Source: an uncultured delta proteobacterium (GTDB lineage: Bacteria; Myxococcota_A; Polyangia; Haliangiales; Haliangiaceae). Taken from it: 64,000 bases of DNA. This document shows, in pieces, positions 29,309 to 39,648 of this stretch; position 1 is the first letter of the stretch; the number at the start of each line of letters is the position of its first letter. The notes beneath the pieces are model-generated. The model ran no database searches, was not told the DNA's origin, and saw nothing but the letters and a program-made list of their open reading frames with translations. Position numbers and translations under genes: made by a program. Where the stretch lies: NCBI GenBank assembly GCA_963848295.1, contig CAWKDB010000002.1, forward strand, positions 1,184,001-1,248,000, given 5' to 3'.

Positions 29309-30571
29309 TCAGCTCGCGAGCGGAAGGCGGACGATCGCGCGCGAGCCTTCACCGAACTTCGATTCGAGCCGGCAGCTGCCGCCGACCGCTTCGACCGCAC
29401 GGCGCACGATCGACAGCCCGAGCCCGTGGCCGGGCGCCGACGCGCTCGGAGCTCGATACAGCGGCTCGAACGCGTGGGCCACGGTCTCGGCGGACATCCC
29501 GATGCCGTTGTCGACCACCGCGATCTCGGCCATCTGGCCGTCTCGCTTCGCTTCGACCCGGAGCACGAGCCGGCGCTCCGGCGCGCGGTACTTCGCCGCG
29601 TTCGTCATCAAGTTGCGCATGATCTGCGAGAGCACGCCGGCGGAGCACGCCGTCGTCACGTCGCCGAGCGCGACGACGACCTCGGCGCCCGCGAGCTCAC
29701 CGCGCAGCTCGTCGACGAGCTCGAGCACGATCGGCGCGACGACGACCTCGCCGGCTGCCGGGCGGCCGTGCACCGATAGCTCGAGCAAGTCTTCGACGAT
29801 CGCGGTCATCCGATCGGCGGCGCGCCGGATCCGCGTCGCGACCTCACGCACCTCGGGCTGGTCGTGCGTCGTCAGGATATCGGCGTAGCCCCGCAAGGGA
29901 CTGAGCGGTCCTTTTAGATCGTGCGAGGTACGCGCCGCGAACGCGGCGAGCTCGCGGTTGCGGGCACCGAGCGTGGCGACGTGCGCGGTCGCGAGCGCGC
30001 GTTGCCGGCGTTGGTTACGCAGGATCACGACCGCGACACCGAGCGCGACGGCGAGTGTGACCGCGCCGATCGCGGCGTCGAGCACGAGCTCGCGTTCGTG
30101 GGCGCCACGCACCGCCTCGGCGCTCGCCTGAGCCGCGCGTTGGTTGATCTCGACGAGGTGATCGACCGAGTCCTCGATCGCATCGACCCGGATTGCGGTG
30201 GCTCCGGCCGTACGCAACTCCGCGAACAGACCGCGCAGCCGGGTCAGCTCTTCGCGCTCGCCGATCTCGGTGGCGAGGGGCTCGTACGCGCGCAGATCTG
30301 CATCGATCTGGACCGTCACCGACGCGATTCGCCCGGCGTCATCGCGCGCCGCCGCGAGCCGGGCGGCTTGGTAGCGCAGATCATCGGCGATCGCGACCGA
30401 CTGCAACGAGTTGTCGACCATCGCCGAGATCCGCGTGGTCGTCTGCTGGCCGGAGATCAAATCAAACGCGAGCTCGACCAGCGGCAGCACGATCACGACC
30501 GCGAGGGCGACGAGCGCCGGCCATGCCGATGCGTGAGGCTGAAGGTCGTCGGAGGGGTGCGCGGAGCTCAC
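29309..30571 (-). CDS. Membrane sensor histidine kinase
   Basis: Two TM helices; SHDLKGPL H-box, NLMTNAAKY, DNGIG, GHGLGLSIV. Confidence 0.92.
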   Translation of the reverse strand: MSSAHPSDDLQPHASAWPALVALAVVIVLPLVELAFDLISGQQTTTRISAMVDNSLQSVAIADDLRYQAARLAAARDDAGRIASVTVQIDADLRAYEPLATEIGEREELTRLRGLFAELRTAGATAIRVDAIEDSVDHLVEINQRAAQASAEAVRGAHERELVLDAAIGAVTLAVALGVAVVILRNQRRQRALATAHVATLGARNRELAAFAARTSHDLKGPLSPLRGYADILTTHDQPEVREVATRIRRAADRMTAIVEDLLELSVHGRPAAGEVVVAPIVLELVDELRGELAGAEVVVALGDVTTACSAGVLSQIMRNLMTNAAKYRAPERRLVLRVEAKRDGQMAEIAVVDNGIGMSAETVAHAFEPLYRAPSASAPGHGLGLSIVRRAVEAVGGSCRLESKFGEGSRAIVRLPLAS

Positions 30572-31929
30572 TGTTCGCGATCGACACCGTAGCGCAATAG
30601 CTTGCGATATAGGGTCTTGCGATCGATACCGAGCGAGTGCGACGCGGCGAGCTTGTTGCCGTTATGGGCGGCGAGCACGCGCAGGATGTGGCGGCGCTCG
30701 ACCTCGTCGAGGGTCTGCTCGACCTCGGGCTCGGTGCCCGGCCGCGTCGGCCCGGGCCGGTACATCCGCATCCGCTCCGGAAGGTCGTCGACCGCGACGT
30801 CCCGGCCGTGGCACATCGCGACCGCGCGCTCGATCGCGTTGCGCAGCTCGCGGACGTTGCCCGGCCAGTTGTAGCGCAGCATGCGCTCGGCCGCCTCGGG
30901 GGTGATACCGCGGATCTCGCGCGCGAACATCCGGGAGAAGTGATCGACGAAGTGCTGCGCGAGCAACAACACATCGCCGGCGCGCGCGGACAACGGCGGC
31001 AACGCGAGCTGGACGACGTTGATCCGGTAGTAGAGATCCTCGCGGAACGCGCCCTCGGCGACCATCGCGTCGAGATCTCGGTTCGTCGCGCACACGAGCC
31101 GGACGTCGAACGGCGACTCGCTCTCGCTGCCGATCGGCCGAACCCTGCGCTCTTGCAGCACGCGGAGCAGCTTCGGCTGGACCGCGAGCGGCAGCTCGGC
31201 GACCTCGTCGAGGAACAACGTGCCGCCGTTCGCCTGCGCGAGCAGACCTGCCCGCTCGGCCTTCGCATCGGTGAACGCACCGCGCGCGTGACCGAACAAC
31301 TCGCTCTCGATCAGCGCCTCGGGAATCGACGCGCAATCGACCGCGATGAACGGCCCGGCCGCGCGCTTGCTCTGACCGTGCAGTGCGCGCGCGACCATCT
31401 CTTTGCCGGTGCCGGACTGCCCGGTGATCAACACCGTCGCATCGGTCGCGCCGACCTGTTGGATCGTGTCGTACACGTGCTGCATCGCGCTGCTCGCGCC
31501 GATCAGCGCTTCGAACCGCCTCGCGTCGGTCAACGCGCGCCGCAGCTTGCCGACCTCGGCTCGCAGCGACCGGCGCTCGACCGCTCGGCGCACCGCGAGG
31601 ATCAGCGCGCCGAGGTCGAGCGGCTTGGTCACGAAATCGTAGGCGCCGGCTCGCATCGCGGTCACCGCGGTTTGAAAATCGCCGCTGCCGGTCACGACGA
31701 TCACCGGCAACTCTGGCCGATTGACCACGATGCGTTCGATCAGCTCGAACCCGTGCATGCCGGGTAGGCCGAGATCGCTGACGACGCAGTCGAACTCGAA
31801 GCTGCCGATCGCGGTGAGCGCCTCGGGTGCGGTGGGTTGGGATTTGACTTCGAAGCCGTGCGGCGCCAGCCCGAACCGGACCAGCTCGCAAAGCTCGGGA
31901 TCGTCGTCGACGACGAGGATGGATGCCAC
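30568..31929 (-). CDS. NtrC/AtoC-family sigma54-dependent response regulator
   Basis: ILVVDDD receiver domain, GQSGTGKE, GAFTDA, WPGNVREL, HTH. Confidence 0.95.
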   Translation of the reverse strand: MASILVVDDDPELCELVRFGLAPHGFEVKSQPTAPEALTAIGSFEFDCVVSDLGLPGMHGFELIERIVVNRPELPVIVVTGSGDFQTAVTAMRAGAYDFVTKPLDLGALILAVRRAVERRSLRAEVGKLRRALTDARRFEALIGASSAMQHVYDTIQQVGATDATVLITGQSGTGKEMVARALHGQSKRAAGPFIAVDCASIPEALIESELFGHARGAFTDAKAERAGLLAQANGGTLFLDEVAELPLAVQPKLLRVLQERRVRPIGSESESPFDVRLVCATNRDLDAMVAEGAFREDLYYRINVVQLALPPLSARAGDVLLLAQHFVDHFSRMFAREIRGITPEAAERMLRYNWPGNVRELRNAIERAVAMCHGRDVAVDDLPERMRMYRPGPTRPGTEPEVEQTLDEVERRHILRVLAAHNGNKLAASHSLGIDRKTLYRKLLRYGVDREQ

Positions 31930-32027
31930 GGTGGTTTGTTACCGGCTTCCGTCGGTTTGTTCCAGCACGGAGATACTTCGCAACGCAAATTGGGGCGAGA
32001 TGCCGCGACCGGGCGTGCGGTTTGTCC

Positions 32028-33170
32028 CTACTTACCGCCGAGGACGTTGCGCGCGATCACGATGCGCTGGATCTGCGACGTGCCTTCATAGATTTGTAAT
32101 AGCTTCGCGTCGCGCATCAACTTCTCGACCGGGTACTCCTTCGTGTAGCCGTAGCCGCCGAAGATCTGCACGGCGTCGGTCGAGGCGCGCATGGCCGCGT
32201 CCGCGCCGTACGCCTTGGCATAGCTCGACACGATGCTCGACAGGTCCCCCTTGTCGACCATCCAGGCCGCCTTGTGAGTCAACAGGCGCGTCGCTTCGTA
32301 CGCGATCGCCATCTCGGCGAGCATGAACTGGATCGCCTGGTGCTGCGCGATCGGCACGCCGAACGTCTTGCGATCCAGCGAATAGGCTCGGCTTTCTTCC
32401 AGCGACCTCCGAATCACTCCTGCGGCGGTCGCCGCGATCCACGGGCGCGACTTGTCGAACGTCTTCATCGCGATCTTGAAGCCCGCGTCTTCCGGCCCGA
32501 GCAGCGCGGTCTTCGGGACCTTGACGTCCTCGAAGATCACGTCGGTGGTGTTCGACGCGCGCTGGCCCATCTTGTTTTCTTTGCGGCCGGCCTTGACGCC
32601 TGGCGTGTTCGCATCGACGACGAAGCACGCGATGCCCTTGTGCTTCATCGCCGGATCGAAGGTCGCGAACACCGAGTAGAAGCTCGCGACCCCGCCGTTC
32701 GTGATCCAGCGCTTCTGACCGTTCAGCACGTAGTCGTCGCCGTGCTTCGTGACCCGCGTGCGCATGCCGGCGACGTCGGAGCCGGCGTCGGGCTCGCTGC
32801 AGCAGTAGGCACAGAACGTCAGCTCCTTCGTGAGGCGCGACAGATACTCCTTCTTCTGAGCGTCGGTGCCCGCGATGAGGATCGGCGTAGCCCCGAGCGA
32901 GTTCGCCGCCATCGACGTGTTGATGCCCGAGCAACCGAACGAGACCTCTTCCTGGACGAGGCAGTTGTCGAGGCACGAGCCGCCGAGCCCGCCGTACGCC
33001 TCGGGGACCTCGACGTTCATGAGGCCGGTGTCCCAGGCGCGCTTGAAGATCTCGCGCGGAAACTCGCCAGTCTCGTCGAAGTGCGCCGCGCGCGGGATGA
33101 CCTCCTTGCGCGTGAAGTCGCGAGCGGTCTGGCTGAGGGCTTCCTGCTCTTCGCTGAGGCTGAGGTCCAT
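32028..33170 (-). CDS. Acyl-CoA dehydrogenase
   Basis: SEPDAGSD, LNGQKRWITNG, QIFGGYGY, IYEGTSQIQR. Confidence 0.95.
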   Translation of the reverse strand: MDLSLSEEQEALSQTARDFTRKEVIPRAAHFDETGEFPREIFKRAWDTGLMNVEVPEAYGGLGGSCLDNCLVQEEVSFGCSGINTSMAANSLGATPILIAGTDAQKKEYLSRLTKELTFCAYCCSEPDAGSDVAGMRTRVTKHGDDYVLNGQKRWITNGGVASFYSVFATFDPAMKHKGIACFVVDANTPGVKAGRKENKMGQRASNTTDVIFEDVKVPKTALLGPEDAGFKIAMKTFDKSRPWIAATAAGVIRRSLEESRAYSLDRKTFGVPIAQHQAIQFMLAEMAIAYEATRLLTHKAAWMVDKGDLSSIVSSYAKAYGADAAMRASTDAVQIFGGYGYTKEYPVEKLMRDAKLLQIYEGTSQIQRIVIARNVLGGK

Positions 33171-33211
33171 GGCCACGGTTTACACCGCGTCGCGTGGCCT
33201 CGGAAGCGCCG

Positions 33212-33373
33212 GGGCCCCGTTCCGGGGGCCCCTCGTTGTAAGGACTCGGCCATCCTTGCTTCGCCGGACGGCCGATCGATCGAATCCAACTCGGGCCCCG
33301 TTCCGGGGGCCCCTCGTTGTAAGGACTCGGCCATCCTTGCTTCGCCGGACGGCCAATCGATCGAATCCAACTC
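33212..33373 (-). repeat. Tandem pair of 81-bp family A twin-hairpin elements (intergenic)
   Basis: Units 33212-33292 and 33293-33373 differ at one base; two hairpins per unit. Confidence 0.95.
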
Positions 33374-33377
33374 GGGG

Positions 33378-35345
33378 CTACTGGAAGCTGACGGAGTACG
33401 TACCGCGCCCGATGCCGTAGGCCGGCTTCGGGAACGTCCAGGTCGACAGCGCCGCTTGGATGCAGCCGCCGACCTTCGAGCCCTTCACGGTCGACGACAC
33501 CCCGCTGCGCGTCACCCTGCCGGCGGCGTTGATCTCGAAGGTGACGTTGACGTCGCCGTGGAGGTCGTCGGCGCCTTCGCACCGCGCGAGCTGCTTCGCG
33601 TGATCCGCGGCGATCTGTGCAATCAGGCCGCTCGACAGCAATGAGATCTGCGGCTCGGCCGGGGCGACCGGGACCGGCGCCGGTGCAGGCGCGGGCGCGG
33701 GCGCGGGCGTGGGCGTCGGTGGCGTCTCCGCGATCATCGGGTGGTGCGCCGGAGGCGTTGGCGCGGGTGGCGACGGCAAGACATGGGTCTTGTTGACCGT
33801 CCTCTCGGCGGGACGCTCGAAGTGCTCCGGCTGGTGCTCGGCCTTGTGCGCGGGAGGGGCGGGCGCCGGCGCCGGTTCCGGATCGGTCGTGGGCGGCGGC
33901 GTCGGTGCCGGCGTCGGCGTCGGATCGATGACGGGAGGTGGCGTAGGCGCGGGCGCAGGCGCAGGCGCGGGTGCAGCCGCTGGTGAGGGTGGATTCGCAG
34001 CGACCTCGGCGGTCGGGGCGCTGGCGTTCGACGTCGTGCTCCCCGGTGCGAGCTTCCACACCGCGACGATCGCGAGCGCGATCACGGGCAGCGCGACCAG
34101 CGCGATCTTCGCCGCCGGGCTCTTGCGCGGTGCCGCCGGCATCGGGCCCTGGCTCTGCCACGCTAGCTTCATGCTCGTGCGGGTGTCGACCGGTGGCGGC
34201 ACGCCGTCATTGGTCGGTTCCACCGCCCTGCCCATGATCGCGCCGCTGCGCCGGCGCTTGCCGTCGGTGATCGTCTTCGCTTCTTCGGTCTGGTCGGAGG
34301 CCGGCGTCTCCATGCCCTGGCGCGGGATCTCGGTCCAGCTGTTGCGCGCCACCTCCTGCGACGTGGCCTCGAGCGGCCGCGCATCGACCGCCGTCGCCCC
34401 GGTCGTGTCGAGCCACGGCTCCGGCCGCTCGCCAAACAGCTTGTGCATGTAGCCGGCGAGCGCGCCGGTCGACGCGGTCAGGCCGGCCTTGATCGCGAAC
34501 TTGTCGAGCGCCTGACGCAACTCGTCCGCGCTCTGGAACCGGCGCGTCGGATCGCTCGACAACGCGTGCATGATGATCGTCGACAGCTCGTTCGGTAGAT
34601 CGGGCCGGCGCACGCGCGGCAGCGGAATCTTGCCGTTGACGATCGCGTCCATCACCAGGTAGTCGTTCTCGCCTTTGAACAGCCGGGTCGTCGTCGACAG
34701 CTCGTAGAGCACGACACCGAGCGCGTAGACGTCGCTGCGCTTGTCGATCGGGCTGCCCTTGCACTGCTCCGGCGACATGTACGAGACCTTGCCCTTGAGG
34801 CTGCCGGACTTCGTCTCGACCGTGCGCATCGCCGCCTTCGCGATGCCGAAGTCGACGACCTTCACCGATCCGTCGTAGCCGATCAGGATGTTCGACGGAG
34901 AGACATCGCGGTGGACGATGTTGAGCGGCTTCTTGTCGCCACCTCGGCGCTCGTGGGCGTAGTGCAGACCGGCGGCCGCGGCCGACACGATCGCGACGAC
35001 GTAACCGAGCGGCATGTGGCTCTTGCTCTTCGAGACCGCGGACAAGATCTTACGCAGATCCTCGCCGTGGAGGTACTCCATCGCGAAGAAGTACTCGCCG
35101 TCTGCCTCGCCGATGTCGTGGACCTGCACGATGTTCTGGTGATGGAGGTTCGCGGCGAGCCGCGCTTCGTCCAGGAACATCTCGATGAACCGCTCGTCCT
35201 TCGCGTGCTCCGCGCGGATCCGCTTGACGACGACGTGCCGCTCGAACCCTTCGATGCCATCGGCGCGCGCGATCAACACGTCGGCCATTCCGCCCGAAGC
35301 GAGGTGCTTCAGGATGACGTACCGCCCGAGACGATCAGCACCCAT
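33378..35345 (-). CDS. Membrane-anchored Ser/Thr kinase with Pro-rich linker and AgmX/PglI (TonB-C-like) C-terminal domain
   Basis: HRDVSPSN, DFGIAK, KGKVSYMSPE; TM helix; C-terminal ARC...FEINAAGRV...GCIQAALSTWTFP. Confidence 0.9.
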   Translation of the reverse strand: MGADRLGRYVILKHLASGGMADVLIARADGIEGFERHVVVKRIRAEHAKDERFIEMFLDEARLAANLHHQNIVQVHDIGEADGEYFFAMEYLHGEDLRKILSAVSKSKSHMPLGYVVAIVSAAAAGLHYAHERRGGDKKPLNIVHRDVSPSNILIGYDGSVKVVDFGIAKAAMRTVETKSGSLKGKVSYMSPEQCKGSPIDKRSDVYALGVVLYELSTTTRLFKGENDYLVMDAIVNGKIPLPRVRRPDLPNELSTIIMHALSSDPTRRFQSADELRQALDKFAIKAGLTASTGALAGYMHKLFGERPEPWLDTTGATAVDARPLEATSQEVARNSWTEIPRQGMETPASDQTEEAKTITDGKRRRSGAIMGRAVEPTNDGVPPPVDTRTSMKLAWQSQGPMPAAPRKSPAAKIALVALPVIALAIVAVWKLAPGSTTSNASAPTAEVAANPPSPAAAPAPAPAPAPTPPPVIDPTPTPAPTPPPTTDPEPAPAPAPPAHKAEHQPEHFERPAERTVNKTHVLPSPPAPTPPAHHPMIAETPPTPTPAPAPAPAPAPVPVAPAEPQISLLSSGLIAQIAADHAKQLARCEGADDLHGDVNVTFEINAAGRVTRSGVSSTVKGSKVGGCIQAALSTWTFPKPAYGIGRGTYSVSFQ

Positions 35346-35415
35346 GTTCACAATGGTAAGGACTTTGAGCCGATCGGATCAAGTCTAGCGACGCGCGTGC
35401 TAGCGTTGCACCTAC

Positions 35416-36623
<1,208 letters not shown>

Positions 36624-36741
36624 CTGGTCGCCAAACATACGGAGGGCGTGACCGCGTAGCTATGCCGCTCTGCAAGTCTCGCCAACAACGTATGAGCGGA
36701 GCCCCTCATGGCGGGACGATGGCGCTGCTATGGTCGCGAAG

Positions 36742-37056
36742 ATGTCGCCGACATGGATCGCCGAACAGCAGGTTGTCTTCCTGTATCCCGACGGACGGCG
36801 CAACGTCGGCCGGATCGCGGTGGGGATTCCCGTGCAGATCGACGCGCGTGAAGCGCACTGTGGGGTCGCGCTCGACGGATTCCACACGCCCCCTGGTCCG
36901 ATCGTCGGCGCGTCGACGCTGCAGGCGCTCTTGCTCGCGGCTCGGTTCCTGGGCATGCGGCTCCACGATTTCCGATCCAAGGGTGGTCGTGTACTCGATC
37001 CCGCGGACGATTCGGACGTGCCCTTGGACGCGCTGTTCGGCGTACTCCTCCAGTAG
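36742..37056 (+). CDS. Small hypothetical protein (DUF6968-like)
   Basis: WIAEQQV...RIAVGIP...IVGASTLQALLLAARFL; TG-C-TATGGT extended -10 box 7 nt upstream; family name is from recall. Confidence 0.6.
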   Translation: MSPTWIAEQQVVFLYPDGRRNVGRIAVGIPVQIDAREAHCGVALDGFHTPPGPIVGASTLQALLLAARFLGMRLHDFRSKGGRVLDPADDSDVPLDALFGVLLQ

Positions 37057-37110
37057 GCGCAGTCGACGACATCCCATGCCCGCCGCCGGGATCGGCGAGC
37101 GCACGAGGAA

Positions 37111-37155
37111 CTAGACCCAGTCGGGTCACACCCGGGGCAACCCGACTGGAGCTAG
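37111..37155. repeat. CTAG-bounded hairpin (REP-like or bidirectional terminator)
   Basis: CTAG-AC-CCAGTCGGGT...ACCCGACTGG-AG-CTAG with a perfect 10-bp stem. Confidence 0.6.
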
Positions 37156-37228
37156 AACTAGGTTCTCGAGGCCGCGCGCAGCCCGAGTCCGCTCGCGCGC
37201 GATTAACTCTAGAGCGTGATCTCGCGCC

Positions 37229-37558
37229 CGTTCGCGATCTCGTCGCTGAGCGCGGCGTCGCCGCGAGGGATGCCTCGGAGAGCGACGGCAGGCGCGCGAA
37301 GAGACGCTGGGCCACGCGGTCAACACGCCAACTCGCGCGCAGCGCGATCGCCGCGCAGCGGCGTCGCTCCGCGAAGACGCCGGAACCACCACGGCCAGCG
37401 CCGTCGCCGGAGCGGGTCCGAGGCACCCTCGCAAGGCAGCCGCGCGAAGCGTTCGCGATCTCGATCTTCGCGAGTCGCGATCTCGCCAGAGCAAGCGTGC
37501 GAGCTGGGCGCCGGGCCCACTGCGAGTCTTCGAGGTGTGGCCCGGCGGCGCGGCCTAG
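37229..37558 (-). repeat. Family C structured element, right (inverted) copy
   Basis: Reverse complement aligns with 36171-36537; begins at the CTAG containing the upstream stop codon. Confidence 0.9.
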
Positions 37559-37785
37559 GTAGCAGGCTTATCGGCATCGGCATCGGCGTCGTCACCGGAA
37601 GGAGCTGGAGCAGAGCCCTTCGCCGCGCGGCGGGCGGCCCGAGCCGTCTGCGCCGCGAGCCGTTCTTCTTCGCGGCGCTGCGCGAGATCGAAGTGGTTGC
37701 GCGCCGCGCGCGTGCCGAAGATGAAGCCGAGGAACATCCCGACCATCAACACGCCCGGGATGAAGATGACGTGCTCTGGCGTCAT
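37555..37785 (-). CDS. Small single-TM protein at the end of the ccm operon
   Basis: MTPEHVIFIPGVLMVGMFLGFIFG plus charged tail; ATGA coupling. Confidence 0.7.
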   Translation of the reverse strand: MTPEHVIFIPGVLMVGMFLGFIFGTRAARNHFDLAQRREEERLAAQTARAARRAAKGSAPAPSGDDADADADKPAT

Positions 37786-38204
37786 GCGCTCTCCTTCGCA
37801 GCCGCCTCGAGATCCTTTCGCAGCTGCGCGATCTCGAGCTTGAGCGCTTGCTGGCGCCGCCACAAGAACAACACGAACCCCGCGGCGATCAGCCACATCG
37901 CGATGTACGCGAGCACGACGTGGCGCTCGTCTTTCTGGATGTGATGGTCGGCGTCGAGGTGCGCCTTCTTGACGACGTCGTCGTTCGCCTGGTCGCCGCA
38001 CCACTTCTTGGCGTCATCGGCGGACAGGTGATGCCCGATCTCGATCACCATCTGCCCGGCGAACGTCGGATCCGCCTTCATCGCCGCGAAGCACGCATCG
38101 GGCTTCGCCGGCTCCGGCGGTGCGGGTTGCGCCGAGGCGGCGCGTGCGAGCCCGAGGACCCCAGCGAGAGCGACGACTGTGATGGCCGTGATCGCGAGCT
38201 TCAT
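37782..38204 (-). CDS. CcmD-like protein with an N-terminal exported domain
   Basis: C-terminal HVVLAYIAMWLIAAGFVLFLWRRQQALKLEIAQL resembles CcmD; directly follows ccmC. Confidence 0.6.
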   Translation of the reverse strand: MKLAITAITVVALAGVLGLARAASAQPAPPEPAKPDACFAAMKADPTFAGQMVIEIGHHLSADDAKKWCGDQANDDVVKKAHLDADHHIQKDERHVVLAYIAMWLIAAGFVLFLWRRQQALKLEIAQLRKDLEAAAKESA

Positions 38205-38914
38205 GACAGCACTCCCAGGTCGAGCCCGCGCTCGCGCAGCTCGCGGACCTCGCGCTCGGCGCGCGTGCCTTGGAGCCGGACGAGCACGAGCGCGATGAAC
38301 CAGAACAAGAACGCAGCGACGCTGAGCCAGAACGCGAGCAGGTACGACGTGCCGAGCGTCGCGACCACGCCGTTCGCGCCCGACGGTGGATGTGAATCCT
38401 GGCCGACCATCGTGTAGATGAACGGCACGCCGACCATGCCGAAGATCGCCATGCCCGCGGCGATCCGATCGGCGCTCGGGCCGGCGAACCTGCGCACGAG
38501 CATGCAGCCGACGAGGATCAGCCACAACAGCAGCGACATCGTCAGGCGCGGCTCGGTGTTCCACCACACGTCCCACGCCGCTTTCGCCCAGATCGAGCCG
38601 GTCACGAGGACCACGAGCCCGAACGCGACCGCGACCTCGGTCGCCGAGCTCGCGATATCGTCCCACTTGGCCTTGCGCGTCTTGAGGAACAGCGCCGACG
38701 AGATGCCCGCGACGAACACCGCGATGAACAACATGAACGCGTGCGCGACGTGGAAGTAGAAGATCTTGTGGTTGAAGAACAGGCTGTTCGGATCGAGCCG
38801 GCCGTCCGCGGTGTACGCGTATTGTAGCGGCGCCTCGAAGAAGATGAACCACAGCGCGACCGCGAAGCCGATCGCGGCGAGCGTGACGAACACCGGAATC
38901 AGCCGATTGCTCAT
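38201..38914 (-). CDS. ccmC: Heme exporter/chaperone CcmC
   Basis: KIFYFHV, TGSIWAKAAWDVWWNTEPRLT, SHP; operon context. Confidence 0.85.
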   Translation of the reverse strand: MSNRLIPVFVTLAAIGFAVALWFIFFEAPLQYAYTADGRLDPNSLFFNHKIFYFHVAHAFMLFIAVFVAGISSALFLKTRKAKWDDIASSATEVAVAFGLVVLVTGSIWAKAAWDVWWNTEPRLTMSLLLWLILVGCMLVRRFAGPSADRIAAGMAIFGMVGVPFIYTMVGQDSHPPSGANGVVATLGTSYLLAFWLSVAAFLFWFIALVLVRLQGTRAEREVRELRERGLDLGVLS

Positions 38915-39594
38915 TCGATCACCAGGGACTCGAAGACCCACAAGGACAGTACCAGGAACGCGAGGTCGTAGATTCCGAGGAACTCGATCCAGTACCAGGC
39001 CGCGCCGAGGTTCGGGCGCTTGGCCACTAGCGCCGCGGTCGCCTTCGTGCCGGCCACGAACAGCGGGACGAGCAGCGGGTACAGGATGACCGGTAACAGG
39101 ACGTCGCGCGAGCGGACCTTGAGCAGGGTCGCGGCAAAGACCGAGCCGACGACCGCGAATCCGATCACGCCGAGCAGCACCGCGAGCACGAGCTGGAGCG
39201 GAAAGTCGAACAGCGGCGCGTTCAAGAACAGCGCGAGCAGCGGGACCACCACGACCGCGACCGCGAGCACGAGCGCCGCGATCGAGATCGCCTTGCCGAG
39301 AAACACCGCGAGGCGCGGCACCGGAGACAGCAGCAGCGCGCGCATCGTGTCGTTCTCGCGCTCGCGATCGAACGCGCGGCCCAGGCCGATCGTGCCGGTG
39401 AACGCGAGCGCGGCCCACAACATGCCGGCGACCGAGCCGCGGATCGCGCGGTCGTCGTGCGGAAACGCGAACGTGTTGATCACGACGAGCAGCCCGCCGA
39501 AGAACGCCATCGTGTAGACGATCTCGCGGCTGCGCAGCTCGACTCGAAGATCCTTCCAGGCGATCCGCGCGATCTGACTCAGCATGCCCTGCAT
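38911..39594 (-). CDS. ccmB: Heme exporter permease CcmB
   Basis: WKDLRVELRSRE, FDREREND, LLPVILYPLLVP. Confidence 0.9.
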   Translation of the reverse strand: MQGMLSQIARIAWKDLRVELRSREIVYTMAFFGGLLVVINTFAFPHDDRAIRGSVAGMLWAALAFTGTIGLGRAFDRERENDTMRALLLSPVPRLAVFLGKAISIAALVLAVAVVVVPLLALFLNAPLFDFPLQLVLAVLLGVIGFAVVGSVFAATLLKVRSRDVLLPVILYPLLVPLFVAGTKATAALVAKRPNLGAAWYWIEFLGIYDLAFLVLSLWVFESLVIE

Positions 39595-39648
39595 CCCGTC
39601 CTCGTACTCGTACCCGATCCGTGCTCGGTCGGTGGGCTCGCGCGGCGC

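Noticed and set aside
33212..33373. CRISPR array
   Set aside because: Two contiguous 81-bp units with no unique spacers and no cas genes in the window
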